Notes: generated by a model not told the origin, from the sequence alone. A DNA stretch of 64,000 nt from Candidatus Omnitrophota bacterium (GCA_015233165.1 JADFYF010000002.1:14517-78516), one strand, 5' to 3'; counted from the first letter of the stretch, positions 1 through 9,737 are shown. Numbers and translations are program-made.

Positions 1-3000
1 ATCAAAAGAAAACCCAGTACCGCAATCTCATTAAATATTTTTTAGCCTCCTTAACCACGCCTGAGAAGGATATGTGGGTGAACCTGTCCCCGTATGAACA
101 CAATCGGATCATTGCGGACAATTTTCGTCAGACCGAGATGGGACGAGATATGCTGGCCCAGGATTACATTTTAAAACAATTAACAGCGTCCTTGATTTAC
201 CCTGAAGAAAGTCTGGGTAAGAAATTCTGGAATACCGTCTATGAGCGTATCCGTCAGGAAACAGGTAGCACCACGAAGGTTCCGGTAAACACCTTTAACA
301 AGGTCTGGATTATGGCGGATAAGGCGGAAGTTTTTGAGCACAATCAAACCGCGTTTGTGGTGGGAAGTCATTTGAAGGTGATGCTAGAGGAGGATTATTT
401 GGCATTACAAAAGCATTCCTCTCCCCTTGTGGGAGGGGTAAGGGGAGGGGGAGATTCACAAAATCCCCCCGCCCTAACCCTCCCCACAAAGGGGGAGGGA
501 ATCAAGGTCAGCAATATCAGCTCCCAAATCGTAAAAGAAATCATCCTCCCCGAGTTAGAAAAAGAGGTCAACACGGGCAAGAATTTCGCCAACCTCCGTC
601 AGATCTTCAATTCCATCATTCTATCCAGCTGGTACAAGAACAATCTTAAATCTGCTCTGTTAAACCAGGTCTACGCCAATCATTCCAAGGTCAAGGGCAT
701 CGACTTAAACGATCCGACGATCAAACAACAAATCTATGATCAATACCTAAAAGCCTATAAGAAGGGTGTCTTTAATTATATTAAAGAAGACATCAACGCT
801 GCCGGTGTCGCCACCCCAAAGAAATACTTCTCCGGCGGTTTACAGCCAGGTGCAGCGGCACATCCTGTCATAATCTTTGATTCTGCAGTTTTAGCAACTT
901 CATTACCCGATCGTGCGTTGGTATCGTTTCAAACAGGTTTTGAATCCAAAGGTGCGGATCAGGCTTTAATAGCGAATCATAAGATTAGAGATCATAATTC
1001 TAATGGGAACCCAGATGATGAAAAGAATGATAACAATAAGAAGGGCAATAAGGGGAAGTGGTGGATGTTGGCTGCCGTTGTCATTGTTACTATTTCAGCT
1101 TTTATTCTGATTAACAAGAAGCATGATTCTATTTCGCCTGAAAGACTTAAAGAAATCGTCGAACAATCTCAGAAAATCATTGAGGCTACCAAGGCTGAGA
1201 TCGAAAGTTCAAAAAGGACTATGAAGAGAAGTGAAGAACTCATAAAGGAGACAGAGGAAGAAAGATCAAAAAGGATTATCAAGAGATTGGAAGAAAATTT
1301 AAAGAATGAACGAAAGCCTTTGGGTTCTTTAGAAAATAAAGAAGCAAAGTCTGACGCAGCGATGGCAGTAACGGCTGTCACCAGCGAAAAATCAGAATTT
1401 CAAATAGGTGATTCGAAGGTTCAAGTGAAGGTGATCCCCGCACAGGGCATAGCTCTTCATCCATCCGCTGAAGTTTGGGTGGATGGTTCATTCAAAGGAC
1501 CAGCCACGTTGGCAAAATCCTATAAAGAGGATCCTCGATTCGAAGTGCGGGACTTAGGGGGCGAAGACGCAGGGGTTTATTTTATAAATAAGACTCTTGA
1601 GTCCAATACGACTGTAGCATATGACGAAGCCATGACGACGATGATCGGTGATATTAGGGGTCAGAGCTGGGCTCCTGTCAATAAGGACACAGTATTTAAA
1701 GTAGGAGATGTTTTGAATCTTGGGCCTCGTGATGGGTATGGTGTGGTTGGACAGGTGGATAAAGATAAAGAAAATCTGTTTTTCCAAAAAGCACGTTTGA
1801 TTTTTCAAGAAGGTCAGATCACTGCAGTGATTGAAGGAGAGTATCTTTCGATCACACGTTCTCATTTAATGGAAAAGCCTGTTACTCAGCTTCTTCGTCC
1901 TCTTTCTTGGACAGATTCTGCAATGACAACGATACCTAGAACGGTGGAAGACGTGAAATTTATTGCTGTTGTGGCGAATCACAATGAAAAGGGTCCTTTA
2001 ATCTTTCTTACGAACCAGGGAACATTTAAATTTACTCCTGTCTCTTATGCTAAAAGGGACAATGATGATCATGGGCAAAGATTTAAGGGCATTGAAGTCG
2101 TCAGAAATGATGTCTATCTGGGATTCTTCCAGGATATCCCACTTAATGACGTTTCGAAGAATTGGAGACAGTTTGTTATCAAGGCATTGCAAAAGGAAGA
2201 CATAATAACTCCTGAGAATCCTTTCTTTAAGAATTATTATAACTTTCAGGTCAGCTCCGATAAGGCGATGGCCATCGACGAGGCTAAAAAAGAAAATATG
2301 GCCTTAATTTTATACGTAGGAGATAAAGATGAGATTTCTCGTCTTCTTAATCTTCACCGGTTACCCATCATAGCTAAGAATGTTGTTGTTGCTAAAGATG
2401 AACAAGAAGCTCTTCAACTATGGAGCGAAGCTAAGGATAAGGGAGTTAAGATTGGTGCAGTGTTTACAACTATGAAACTTCCGAAGTTATCTTCGGTAGT
2501 TATCTCTGATGATCCGACAGTGCCGATTGGAGTTCTTTCAAATGTAAAGGACTTCTCATTCCAACCGACACCTCTTACAGCAGACCGCCGACAACAGCTT
2601 GATGATTTGAACTACTCAGTCCGAGAGGAGTTGCGTGGAACAAAAGACGCTCCCCCTCCCGATGGGGCGATGGCGGGGAAAGAGGACAAGTCTTTTCCAT
2701 TTAAATTAAAAAGTGTTGAGATGTATGATGGAAGTCCTGGTACAACGTTGTTATCCCACATAGGAGATCTTCGCTTTAGTGATATTCCTCCGGATAATAG
2801 AACAATTAGGGTTGATGTCCTTCCATTTAATATCAAGAACCCTTCAGAAAATAGTTATTCACGAAAAGGTTATTTATTACATCTATTCGATGCATTCCAT
2901 AATCGGTTAATTGAACCAAGTATTTTTATAGAACCTGAACAGCAAGATTATCGTTTCATATTGGCATTATTAGATAGATTAGAGAGCCCAGAAATTAAAT

Positions 3001-3389
3001 CCAAGGTAAAAGAAATATTTGAAAATAGTAAGAGTCAGAAGGAGGCTGAAGAAACGTTTGTTAAATTTCTGATTGATAGAATCAAAGAAATTACTCAAGT
3101 GATAGTAACGTCTTCGAAAACACTCATCCCAAAGGAAGACGTAGACAAGGCGGTCTTGGCATTTCCCGGTGGTATCGACCTTAATACCACAGGCATGGGC
3201 TGGAAACTTTCCAAGGATGGTCAGGGTGTTGAGATGAATATCGATCAGGCCATGATTGAGAAATTCAAGCGGGAGGGCATGGATAGCCTGACACCTGTGA
3301 TTTTTAAGATTACCCCCATCGTCAGCATCTGGCCCATCATCGGTCTTTTGCCACCTAAAAGGGAAGAAGAGCGTTTGGCGAAAGCGTAG
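1..3389 (+). CDS. Large hypothetical membrane-anchored protein, 5' end outside the window. It has a single mid-protein TM helix, a lysine/glutamate-rich coiled-coil segment and a long C-terminal region with no recognised domain.
   Basis: The reading frame is open back to position 3, so the N-terminus is missing. Hydrophobic stretch WWMLAAVVIVTISAFILI. No recognisable catalytic motif by eye. Confidence 0.5.
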   Translation, partial: QKKTQYRNLIKYFLASLTTPEKDMWVNLSPYEHNRIIADNFRQTEMGRDMLAQDYILKQLTASLIYPEESLGKKFWNTVYERIRQETGSTTKVPVNTFNKVWIMADKAEVFEHNQTAFVVGSHLKVMLEEDYLALQKHSSPLVGGVRGGGDSQNPPALTLPTKGEGIKVSNISSQIVKEIILPELEKEVNTGKNFANLRQIFNSIILSSWYKNNLKSALLNQVYANHSKVKGIDLNDPTIKQQIYDQYLKAYKKGVFNYIKEDINAAGVATPKKYFSGGLQPGAAAHPVIIFDSAVLATSLPDRALVSFQTGFESKGADQALIANHKIRDHNSNGNPDDEKNDNNKKGNKGKWWMLAAVVIVTISAFILINKKHDSISPERLKEIVEQSQKIIEATKAEIESSKRTMKRSEELIKETEEERSKRIIKRLEENLKNERKPLGSLENKEAKSDAAMAVTAVTSEKSEFQIGDSKVQVKVIPAQGIALHPSAEVWVDGSFKGPATLAKSYKEDPRFEVRDLGGEDAGVYFINKTLESNTTVAYDEAMTTMIGDIRGQSWAPVNKDTVFKVGDVLNLGPRDGYGVVGQVDKDKENLFFQKARLIFQEGQITAVIEGEYLSITRSHLMEKPVTQLLRPLSWTDSAMTTIPRTVEDVKFIAVVANHNEKGPLIFLTNQGTFKFTPVSYAKRDNDDHGQRFKGIEVVRNDVYLGFFQDIPLNDVSKNWRQFVIKALQKEDIITPENPFFKNYYNFQVSSDKAMAIDEAKKENMALILYVGDKDEISRLLNLHRLPIIAKNVVVAKDEQEALQLWSEAKDKGVKIGAVFTTMKLPKLSSVVISDDPTVPIGVLSNVKDFSFQPTPLTADRRQQLDDLNYSVREELRGTKDAPPPDGAMAGKEDKSFPFKLKSVEMYDGSPGTTLLSHIGDLRFSDIPPDNRTIRVDVLPFNIKNPSENSYSRKGYLLHLFDAFHNRLIEPSIFIEPEQQDYRFILALLDRLESPEIKSKVKEIFENSKSQKEAEETFVKFLIDRIKEITQVIVTSSKTLIPKEDVDKAVLAFPGGIDLNTTGMGWKLSKDGQGVEMNIDQAMIEKFKREGMDSLTPVIFKITPIVSIWPIIGLLPPKREEERLAKA
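418..500. repeat. GC-rich compound imperfect palindrome embedded in frame in the large ORF. It encodes the Gly/Pro-rich segment SSPLVGGVRGGGDSQNPPALTLPTKGEG.
   Basis: The arms CTCCCCTTGTGGGAGGGG and CCCTCCCCACAAAGGGGGAGGG are imperfect inverted copies. The centre GGGGGAGATTCACAAAATCCCCCCGCCC is itself near-palindromic. It is strongly GC-rich against an AT-rich coding background. Confidence 0.4.
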
Positions 3390-3399
3390 GGAGTAGTAT

Positions 3400-3428
3400 T
3401 TGACGTTATAACGTTGTAATGTTATGCT
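3400..3428 (+). promoter_or_regulatory. Putative sigma70-like promoter (TTGACG, 17 bp spacer, TATGCT) overlapped by the perfect 12-bp palindrome ACGTTATAACGT. This is the likely operator for the RHH antitoxin.
   Basis: Hexamers and palindrome read directly. A GGAGG ribosome-binding site lies 8 nt before the ATG at 3455. Confidence 0.4.
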
Positions 3429-3454
3429 CTTTCTAGATTGAAGGAGGTTCTGAT

Positions 3455-3688
3455 ATGGCCACATTAACCAAACGTGCTACGATTTATTTTGATCCTGCGG
3501 TTCACCGATTACTTCGAGTCAAAGCTTTGGAAACAGAGCAATCTTTATCCGATCTGGTGAATAAAGCTGTTTTAGATGAATTTGCCGAAGATGAGTTTGA
3601 CCTATCTTCCTTTGCCAAACGAGAAAAAGAGCCTACGATTTCATATGAGGCTCTTTTAAAAAAGCTTAAAATCGATGGCAAGATATAG
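3455..3688 (+). CDS. Ribbon-helix-helix (CopG/ParD-like) antitoxin
   Basis: 77 aa. N-terminal beta-strand/helix pattern KRATIYFDPAVHRLLRVKALE is typical of RHH antitoxins. It overlaps the downstream RelE-like gene by 14 nt. Confidence 0.7.
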   Translation: MATLTKRATIYFDPAVHRLLRVKALETEQSLSDLVNKAVLDEFAEDEFDLSSFAKREKEPTISYEALLKKLKIDGKI

Positions 3689-3935
3689 TATTGAAATCAA
3701 GCAATCTGCTAGTAAAGAAATCGAGAAGCTTCCTAAGGGTGATCTTAAGGTTGTTCTTACTAAGATTGAATCTCTGGCATCAAATCCCCGTCCACATGGA
3801 TGTATTAAGTTAAGCGCTCAGGAGAGATATCGTATTCGTTGCGGACAGTATCGGATCCTTTATATGATCCTAGACCATGTCCTAGTCGTCACCATTGTCA
3901 AAGTCGCTCATCGTAAAGACGTTTATCGGTCTTAA
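3675..3935 (+). CDS. relE: RelE/ParE family type II toxin
   Basis: 86 aa with a RelE-like C-terminus NPRPHGCIKL...YRIRCGQYRILYMI...VAHRKDVY. Translationally coupled to the upstream RHH gene. Confidence 0.8.
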   Translation: MARYSIEIKQSASKEIEKLPKGDLKVVLTKIESLASNPRPHGCIKLSAQERYRIRCGQYRILYMILDHVLVVTIVKVAHRKDVYRS

Positions 3936-4061
3936 TTCAGCCTTAATATTAACCGAAAATTTTAATTTCCCTTTTAAAGGGATTCTGCTATCATCTTGAA
4001 TAATTTTTAACAGGCTAAGTGTACATTTATAGGACTTTTAAAGCTAACAAGAGGTTCAAAA

Positions 4062-5327
4062 ATGCCGGCAATTAAACCATTTAACGCTGTTTTCTATAAC
4101 AAAGAGAAGATTGATAACCTTTCGTCCGTGATCTGTCCCCCTTACGATGTCATCTCCAAGGAGCAGCAGGAAGCCTATTATAAGCAGCATCCTAATAATT
4201 TTATCCGTTTGGAATTAGCTAAGGAAACCTCCAAGGATAGCGCCAAGGACAATAAATACACCCGCGCTAAGAAAACCTATGAAGATTGGTTAGCCAAGGG
4301 AATCTTAAAGCAGGATGAAGCGTATTGTATTTATTTTTATAAGCAGGATTATACCTATCTCGGTCAAAGATACACTCGCATGGGATTCTTAGGTCTTTTG
4401 AATCTCAACGAAGACTCCGGTGTTAAGATTTTACCCCACGAACACACCCATTCTGCCGCTAAAACGGATCGTTTAACCCTCTGGACAGCTTTAAAAACAG
4501 ATTTAAGCTCCATTTTCGTGGGATATAGCGATAAAACGAATGTGATTGAGAAGATTTTTATGAAGGAATTAGCCAGTCAGAAGCCTTATTTAGAGGCGGT
4601 TGATCCTGATAAGGTTAAGCATATGATCTGGCGCCTGGCTGATCCCGATAAGATTCAGCTGGTGATGGATGTGTTAGAAGGGCAGAATTTGTTTATCTGC
4701 GATGGGCATCATCGTTTTGAAGTGGCCAATCAGATGCGTCGGGATGCGATGAAGAAGCAAAAGAATCATACTGGTAAAGAGCCTTATAATTTTGTCATGA
4801 CGTACTTTACCAACATGGATTCCAAAGATTTGCAGATTTTCCCTATCCATCGCATCGTTAAAAAGTTTCCTATCAATGTTACCCTCTTAGAACAATATTT
4901 TCGTATCGATAAAATTAAGACCAAGAATGATTTGTTGGTCCTCTTGGCACGTGCCGGTCAGAATGAACATGCCTTTGGGTTGTGCAAGAAGGAAGGGCTG
5001 TATTTGCTTCGCTTAAAGAGTAAGACCTTGATTGATAAGGTTGTTAAGGAAGGGTCTAAGGATTATAAAAGTTTGGATTCTGCTATCCTTAAGGCTTTTA
5101 TTTTTGATCAGGTTGGTGTGGCTTCAGAAGATATTCTTTATTCTAAGGATCCCACAGAGGTTCTAGCTGCTGTTGCTGAAGGTCAGGCGGATGCGGGATT
5201 TATTTTAAATCCGATATTGATTAAACAGCTTAAGACGATTGCCTTAAATGATGAGCGTATGCCGCCTAAAACGACGTATTTTTATCCTAAGGTATTGTCC
5301 GGTTTAACACTTTATAAGATGGATTAA
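4062..5327 (+). CDS. DUF1015 family protein
   Basis: 421 aa. N-terminus MPAIKPFNAVFYN and overall length match the conserved uncharacterised DUF1015 family. Confidence 0.65.
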   Translation: MPAIKPFNAVFYNKEKIDNLSSVICPPYDVISKEQQEAYYKQHPNNFIRLELAKETSKDSAKDNKYTRAKKTYEDWLAKGILKQDEAYCIYFYKQDYTYLGQRYTRMGFLGLLNLNEDSGVKILPHEHTHSAAKTDRLTLWTALKTDLSSIFVGYSDKTNVIEKIFMKELASQKPYLEAVDPDKVKHMIWRLADPDKIQLVMDVLEGQNLFICDGHHRFEVANQMRRDAMKKQKNHTGKEPYNFVMTYFTNMDSKDLQIFPIHRIVKKFPINVTLLEQYFRIDKIKTKNDLLVLLARAGQNEHAFGLCKKEGLYLLRLKSKTLIDKVVKEGSKDYKSLDSAILKAFIFDQVGVASEDILYSKDPTEVLAAVAEGQADAGFILNPILIKQLKTIALNDERMPPKTTYFYPKVLSGLTLYKMD

Positions 5328-5328
5328 A

Positions 5329-6168
5329 ATGTCTTTATTCGGAAAATCAAACTATACCTTTATTAAGGTTAAACGTAAGGAAATTCCAACCGGTGTTTGG
5401 ACTAAATGTCCGGGTTGCGAATCACCCGCCTATTCTAAGGAACTCAAGAATAATCTGAATGTTTGTCCTAAATGTGGTTTTCATTTAGGGGTTACAGCCC
5501 CGGAGCGAGTGGAGCAGCTTGTTGACGATGGTACCTTTGTCGAGCTCGATGCCCAGATGACTTCTGCAGATCCTTTAGATTTTCAGGGACCCAAGACCTA
5601 TAAAGATAAATTGAAAGCAGATCAGGAAATTACCGATTTGGTGGATGCTGTTATTACCGGTTATGGCCAGATCGAAGGGCATAAGGCTGTTGTGGTTGTG
5701 ACCGATTCTCGTTTTATCATGGGTTCTATGGGGTCGGTGGTGGGAGAGAAAATTGCACGTGCTGTGGAATACGGGACTAAAAATAAATTGCCTGTGATTA
5801 TCGTTTCTTCTTCCGGTGGTGGGGCACGTATGTATGAGGGGGCTATTTCCTTGATGCAGATGGCGAAAACCTGTGCAGCCTTAGCTCGTCATGCTCAGGC
5901 AGGATTCTTGCATATTTCTATTTTGACTAATCCAACCATGGGTGGGATTATGGCTTCTTTTGCAGGGATTGGCGATATCATTATTGCTGAACCCAAAGCC
6001 CTTATTGGTTTTGCAGGACCTCGTGTTATTGAACAGACCATCCGTCAGAAATTGCCGGCAGGATTTCAGCGCTCTGAGTTCTTGTTATTGCATGGAATGA
6101 TTGATATGATCGTCGAGAGACAGGATCTTAAAGGCGTGATTGCGCATGCGATTGAATACGCTGCTTAG
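5329..6168 (+). CDS. accD: Acetyl-CoA carboxylase carboxyltransferase beta subunit
   Basis: N-terminal Cys4 zinc finger (CPGCES...CPKCGFH) followed by the carboxyltransferase domain (GSMGSVVGEKI, SGGARMYEG). Confidence 0.9.
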   Translation: MSLFGKSNYTFIKVKRKEIPTGVWTKCPGCESPAYSKELKNNLNVCPKCGFHLGVTAPERVEQLVDDGTFVELDAQMTSADPLDFQGPKTYKDKLKADQEITDLVDAVITGYGQIEGHKAVVVVTDSRFIMGSMGSVVGEKIARAVEYGTKNKLPVIIVSSSGGGARMYEGAISLMQMAKTCAALARHAQAGFLHISILTNPTMGGIMASFAGIGDIIIAEPKALIGFAGPRVIEQTIRQKLPAGFQRSEFLLLHGMIDMIVERQDLKGVIAHAIEYAA

Positions 6169-6222
6169 CTCAAAAGTTTTCACGCCTGCCTGCCGGTAGG
6201 CAGGTTTGAGCTTCGCAGGCGT
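6168..6222 (+). terminator. Nested or alternative GC-rich hairpins immediately after the accD stop. Probably a terminator or attenuator-like structure.
   Basis: GCTCAAA...TTTGAGC outer stem. CCTGCCTGCC-GGTA-GGCAGG inner hairpin. ACGCCTGC...GCAGGCGT alternative pairing. No clean U-tract follows. Confidence 0.3.
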
Positions 6223-6347
6223 TCTTACGAAGTTCAACACGAAAGTATTTGAACGAAGTGAAACGCAGGAAACTAATTGCTTAAGCGAAGTGTTTTTAAT
6301 AGAATAACGCTTCTTAATTATTAATAACGAGAGAGTTGAGAGAATTT

Positions 6348-7454
6348 GTGGCTCATATTAGTATTAAAAACCTATCTAAGAGTTACAAAAATGGACAGCA
6401 AAATGCTGTTAAGAATGTCAGTTTAGAAATTGAGGACAAAGAATTTTTAGTTTTAGTTGGGCCCTCCGGATGCGGTAAGTCCAGTATCCTTCGTATGGTG
6501 GCGGGTTTAGAAGACGTCACTTCCGGTGAAATTTTTATTGATGATAAATTAGTGAATGATGTTCCTGCCAAAGATCGTAATATTGCCATGGTTTTCCAAA
6601 ACTATGCGCTTTATCCGCACATGAGTGTTTTTGAGAATATGGCGTTTGGTTTGAAGTTGCGCGGTTATCCAAAGCCAGAAATTGAAAAACGCGTCCATGA
6701 AGCCGCTGATATTTTGGGAATTAGAAAATATTTAGACAGACGTCCTCGTCAGCTTTCTGGTGGAGAACGTCAACGTGTGGCCCTAGGCCGCGCGATTGTG
6801 CGAAAACCAGCGGTTTTTCTTTTTGACGAACCTTTGAGTAATCTGGATGCCAAGATGCGTGTGCAAATGCGTACCGAGATTCATAAGCTTCGTATGCGTC
6901 TACAAACAACCTTTATTTATGTTACACATGATCAGACAGAAGCTATGACGATGGGGGATCGTATTGTTGTGATGAAGGATGGCATTATTCAGCAGTGTGC
7001 AGAGCCAGTTTTTATTTATGATCATCCTAAGAATAAATTTGTTAGTTCTTTTATCGGATCTCCACCTATCAATCTGCTGAACGGACGGATTATTAAGAAG
7101 GAGCGTAAGTTCTTTTTTGATGAAGGCAAGTTCCAGATTAAGTTGACAGAAGATATGTTTACGAAGATTTCTTCCTATGAAGGCAAGGACGTGACGATGG
7201 GGATTCGTTCAGAAGATATTTACGATAAATTATTTGCTTTTGAAGCTTCTGATGACAATACTGTTCGTGCCACTTGTGAGGTTGTGGAGCCCTTAGGTTC
7301 TGAAGTCTATTTGTATTTAAGTTCCGGTAAACATAATTTTATAGCCCGTGTCGGAGCTCATGATAGACCTGAAGTTAACCGTGAGATGGATTTAGTATTC
7401 GACATGAGCAAGGTGCACTTCTTTGATGTCCAAACCGAAGAAACCATTGTTTAA
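6348..7454 (+). CDS. Sugar-type ABC transporter ATP-binding protein (MalK/UgpC/MsiK family). No cognate permease genes are adjacent.
   Basis: Walker A GPSGCGKSS, signature LSGGERQRV, Walker B FLFDEP, and a C-terminal MalK-like regulatory/TOBE domain. Start taken at GTG 6348; the alternative TTG 6336 is in the same frame. Confidence 0.85.
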   Translation: MAHISIKNLSKSYKNGQQNAVKNVSLEIEDKEFLVLVGPSGCGKSSILRMVAGLEDVTSGEIFIDDKLVNDVPAKDRNIAMVFQNYALYPHMSVFENMAFGLKLRGYPKPEIEKRVHEAADILGIRKYLDRRPRQLSGGERQRVALGRAIVRKPAVFLFDEPLSNLDAKMRVQMRTEIHKLRMRLQTTFIYVTHDQTEAMTMGDRIVVMKDGIIQQCAEPVFIYDHPKNKFVSSFIGSPPINLLNGRIIKKERKFFFDEGKFQIKLTEDMFTKISSYEGKDVTMGIRSEDIYDKLFAFEASDDNTVRATCEVVEPLGSEVYLYLSSGKHNFIARVGAHDRPEVNREMDLVFDMSKVHFFDVQTEETIV

Positions 7455-8718
7455 GTTGTATTCTTTAGTTGTTTTTAGTTTCCTGCTGCCTTTAGCAGGA
7501 TTCTTTGTCTACGCCGCTAAATATCATGCGGCGTTTTTTTATTTAGCAGCGGCTTTAGTTATTAATATTATCCTCTTAGTTGTTTTTCACAAACGTCTTT
7601 CCCAGAAACAATCCCTGATTACCCTGCAAAAAGAAGAGTATTTTGAAAAGACCAACATGTTGAAAGCCGAGTTAAGTACGGAATGGCAGACGATTGAAGC
7701 TTTTCGTCGAAAAATTATTAACTATTCTCAGTTGAAGGATTTGACTGAGAAATTAAGCATGTGTTTAAACCTGGAAGAAACGTCCAATGTTTTATCGCTG
7801 GAAGTTGGTAAACTCTTTGGTCATAAGGATGTGACGGTGATTTTGTATCTATTTCATACAAAATTAGGGGAGTTAGGAATTTATTCGTCGCAAAAAGGAC
7901 AGATGCAGATTAATCTTAAAGCTAAAAAGGGAGACATTTTTGATCAGTGGACGGTGAAAACCTTGCATCCATTGCTTGTAGAGGATGCGAATAGTGATTT
8001 TCGTTTTGATGTGGATAAGGTGTCCTTGGAGGACTGCCGTGAAATCCGGTCGCTGATTAGCGCTCCTTTGATGGAAGGTAAGAAGATTTTAGGAATATTA
8101 AGAGTCGATAGCCCCTTATCATTTCATTTTACGACAGAGGATCTGCGTTTTTTAAGAACGATTGCGGATTTAACATCCATTGCTGTTGAAAATGCGCAGT
8201 TATACCAGAGCTTAGAAGAACTGGCGATCAAAGATGGGCTCACGGGTCTTTATTTACGTCGTTATTTGATGGGACGATTTGATGAGGAAATGGCTAGAAC
8301 TCTTCGCAGTAAACATGAACTTTCTTTTATATTGATTGATTTAGATTATTTTAAAAAATATAACGACACCTTCGGACATATTGCCGGAGACATTGTCCTG
8401 CGTAACGTGGCAGAAGTTCTCAGGGATCATTTTAAGAAGCCAGGAGATTTAGTCTGTCGTTATGGGGGAGAGGAATTCTGCGTTTTATTGCCCGATTGTC
8501 CCAAGACCAAGGCGGCTCAGTTGGCCGAGGAGTTACGTCAGAAGATTAAGAGTCAGGAGATTGTTCTGCGTCGTCAGAAAACTAATGTCACGGTTTCAAT
8601 CGGAGTGGCAGGTTTTCCCAAAGATGCCCGATTGAAAGAAGAGTTGATTCTTAAAGCAGATGAGGCTCTTTATAAAGCGAAGAGAGGAGGTCGAGATCAA
8701 GTATGTTTAGCTTCTTAA
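7423..8718 (+). CDS. Membrane-anchored GAF-GGDEF diguanylate cyclase
   Basis: N-terminal TM helices, a central GAF-like region, and a GGDEF domain with intact RYGGEEF. Confidence 0.8.
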   Translation: MMSKPKKPLFKLYSLVVFSFLLPLAGFFVYAAKYHAAFFYLAAALVINIILLVVFHKRLSQKQSLITLQKEEYFEKTNMLKAELSTEWQTIEAFRRKIINYSQLKDLTEKLSMCLNLEETSNVLSLEVGKLFGHKDVTVILYLFHTKLGELGIYSSQKGQMQINLKAKKGDIFDQWTVKTLHPLLVEDANSDFRFDVDKVSLEDCREIRSLISAPLMEGKKILGILRVDSPLSFHFTTEDLRFLRTIADLTSIAVENAQLYQSLEELAIKDGLTGLYLRRYLMGRFDEEMARTLRSKHELSFILIDLDYFKKYNDTFGHIAGDIVLRNVAEVLRDHFKKPGDLVCRYGGEEFCVLLPDCPKTKAAQLAEELRQKIKSQEIVLRRQKTNVTVSIGVAGFPKDARLKEELILKADEALYKAKRGGRDQVCLAS

Positions 8719-9728
8719 TCCTTCTGATGATTGTTTTTGTGGGGGTAATGTTTTATTTGGTTAAGATTGTTGTTTTTCAACTAGAACAAAGGGCAGATGA
8801 AGATATTTTAAAATCTAAAGAAACTTTTCAGAATATTATTAATCAAAAGGACAAGGCCTACACAGAGAAGGCTCGATTAGAAAAAGAAGCGACTCAGATT
8901 TTTACACTGTATGAAATGACCAAAAATATTAGCAGTCATTTAAATGAAAAGGAAGCTTTTGAGGTTTTTCATCAGAAGTTAAAAGAAAATATAGTCGTAG
9001 AAGATTGCCAGCTGGTTGTTGATTTGGGGGATGAGGAAAGTCTTAAAGAAAAGATGGCTCCCAATGGTTATGCCATTTTTGTTCTTAGAAGCAAGGAAGA
9101 GAACTTGGGATATCTTCTTTATAAAGGTGTTTCAGGGAAGGATAATGATAAGTTTAATATCTTGGCGCATCAGTTTGCATTAGCCCTTAAACGCATTAAA
9201 CTTTATAAAGATCTGGAGCGTTTATCCGTCACCGATGGTTTAACCAATGTCTATACTCGACGTTATTTCATGGAACGTTTTGAAGAAGAAATAAAACGTG
9301 CGGCAGCTAAGAAAATAAAACTGTCTTTCTTGATGTTAGATGTGGATCATTTTAAGATGGTTAATGATCAGTATGGGCATTTAACAGGAGATTATGTTTT
9401 AAAGGAAGTGGGTTTGATCATCAAAGAAAGCATTCGTGAGATTGATATTGCTGGACGTTTTGGAGGGGAAGAATTCTGTGTGGTTTTACCTGAGACAGAT
9501 GCTGAGGGAGCTTTGCTGGTAGCAGAACGTATTCGTAAGGTGACAGAACAGCGATTAATTAAGGCGTATGACAACTCTATTCATATTACGTTAAGTATTG
9601 GCGTCTCCATGTATCCAGCTGATGGTAAACAAGCGGAAGAGCTTATTGATAAAGCTGATTGGTCCTTATATCGAGCCAAGTCTCAGGGGCGTAACTGTGT
9701 CGTGGCTTTCGGGCAATACAATTCATAA
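8703..9728 (+). CDS. Membrane-anchored GGDEF diguanylate cyclase
   Basis: N-terminal TM, then a GGDEF domain with DGLTNVYTRRYF and RFGGEEF. Confidence 0.8.
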   Translation: MFSFLILLMIVFVGVMFYLVKIVVFQLEQRADEDILKSKETFQNIINQKDKAYTEKARLEKEATQIFTLYEMTKNISSHLNEKEAFEVFHQKLKENIVVEDCQLVVDLGDEESLKEKMAPNGYAIFVLRSKEENLGYLLYKGVSGKDNDKFNILAHQFALALKRIKLYKDLERLSVTDGLTNVYTRRYFMERFEEEIKRAAAKKIKLSFLMLDVDHFKMVNDQYGHLTGDYVLKEVGLIIKESIREIDIAGRFGGEEFCVVLPETDAEGALLVAERIRKVTEQRLIKAYDNSIHITLSIGVSMYPADGKQAEELIDKADWSLYRAKSQGRNCVVAFGQYNS

Positions 9729-9737
9729 AATAAAGCT

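Noticed and set aside
2640-2700. Second GC-rich patch (GCTCCCCCTCCCGATGGGGCGATGGCGGGG) in the large ORF, considered as another palindromic-element copy
   Set aside because: Only short 3-4 bp complementary runs and a CGATGG direct repeat. The symmetry is too weak to call an element.
180-3464. Several - strand ORFs (180-371, 395-592, 1169-1381, 1554-1865, 1998-2192, 2612-2836, 2979-3464) overlapping the large + strand ORF
   Set aside because: All lie antisense within a long uninterrupted + strand frame. The 395-592 one is just the reverse reading of the GC-rich palindrome. No independent support.
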